Assembly: GCA_030265395.1 (NCBI GenBank) | Contig: JARFYF010000058.1 | Span: 27,599,800 to 27,663,799, forward strand | Reading direction: 5' to 3' | From: Rhina ancylostomus | Taxonomy: Eukaryota | DNA length: 64,000 bases | Shown here: positions 62,801 through 64,000 of the stretch, piece by piece | Layout of the letters: every line of letters begins with the position of its first letter | Numbering within the stretch: position 1 is the stretch's first letter | Program-made: the position numbers and the translations under genes | The notes under the pieces: generated by a model | Databases searched by the model: none | Told to the model about the DNA's origin: nothing | Seen by the model: the letters and a program-made list of their open reading frames with translations, nothing else

Positions 62801-64000
62801 CCATTCACCATTCAGTAAAGATAATGATTGCTGTCAAAATCTTCCTGAGCAAATCAGAAATGGAAAATTGGCACTTATAGTCATTGCCATAATTAAAAAT
62901 TAACTCCAAGCAATTGAACACATTAGAATAAAATAAGATAAAGCAGGGTAAATTCAAAAGACTAAGCATTCCAATACCAATTGCACACCTATTTCGATTT
63001 TTGGCCATCTTTCTTGTTGTTCGACTCAGAAACCTTAGGGTTGTACCACATTGTAAAGTCAAGCCAAGCCGCATTAAAGTCGTCCAAGTAACCTGGCAAT
63101 ATGCATCTTCTAACCCCCTCCCCCCCACCAAACCGGAGTGGACGAGGGATCACCTCTGAAAGGATTGTCCCCTCTCTGGGGGATTTGTCGCCCCCATCTG
63201 ATTCCACGGCAGGCGCTTTCATCGTGAAGCTCCGCCACTTTCTGGCTGAAATCACCTCTTTAAAGGTCTGTGGGAACAATTCCAGGGAACTGGAGCACGT
63301 AACGTACAGCCCTGCTCTGTTCAATAGGCAGGACGAATACAGATCTTGCCAGCCTGCCCTGGCTCACACAGGGATTGCTTAGTCACTGCTTAGTCACTCT
63401 GGTCCACCCCTCGTTAGTTTATCCAGTCATCATTAAGAAAATTCCAAGTAATGTCAGTTTCCAATGAATTATCACGATTGGATTCAAAACATTCCATCTG
63501 CAATGGGCAACCGTTGCAGGGTTAGTCTTTTTCACCACAATCGGCAGCGAGCTCCCACTGGGATATTTCAATACGTCAGCATCCTGTGGCAGGCGGGAGG
63601 ATGTCTTTTCTAATGACTTTAGCGAAGAGTTGTTCCGTTTGACCAATCGGATATCCTGATGGAGTCCTATCACAGAACGTGAGAGTTGGGTTTGTACCGT
63701 AATAACGGATATCGCTATATATATTTACAAAGAGGTTTCAGGCGAAAAAAGCCTCTCACCCCCTCCCATACAGTCAACAGGCAGTTGTTGACAGTCATAC
63801 ACTGGTACACTGGAACGCACGCAATGACATGTATAACTCACAAATAGAGGAGGAACTGTCTAAGCTAACTCACAATTATCATGCTGAGTTCCAGTTGTGC
63901 AAATTGGCCTTTCACTTCAGTGTCATTTTTCATCATTTTCCCTGTTTCATCGAGGAGCAGATTCAAATTTTAAAATTTAAATTTTATTTACAGTGTGGTA

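Noticed and set aside
31300-64000. wnt9a/wnt9b exon expected by synteny
   Set aside because: No signal-peptide exon ending in YFG plus donor and no Wnt-like ORF found
1-64000. CRISPR arrays, operons or other prokaryotic systems
   Set aside because: Sequence is vertebrate intronic/intergenic DNA with no regular repeat-spacer structure

Overview
Vertebrate genomic DNA from a gapped draft assembly. The repeat set (V-SINEs, DeuSINE remnants, CR1, Rex1, Penelope) points to a cartilaginous fish, plausibly a ray. The only host gene I can support is the 5' half of a Wnt3-subfamily gene on the minus strand, most likely wnt3. Coding exon 1 is at 30625-30549 (MDLYLFGFVLFLLNSTRGLAGYPIW-W), followed by a ~21 kb intron 1 and the 242-nt exon 2 at 9394-9153. 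Later exons are not visible. The promoter and much of intron 1 lie in a CpG-retaining, TE-poor domain with clustered AP-1 and TCF/LEF motifs. The upstream ~30 kb is TE-rich intergenic DNA. The most notable observations are: (1) fold-back elements carrying minimal hammerhead-ribozyme motifs, one apparently intact at 47951-47913, with a Penelope-like RT/GIY-YIG remnant as likely partner; (2) two long ORFs ending at strong phase-2 donors in frame with exon 2, candidate alternative first exons, one with a signal-anchor-like segment; (3) a microhomology-flanked templated duplication and an older duplicated module inside intron 1. All analysis was by eye. Family names are from recall, not database searches, and repeat boundaries are approximate.
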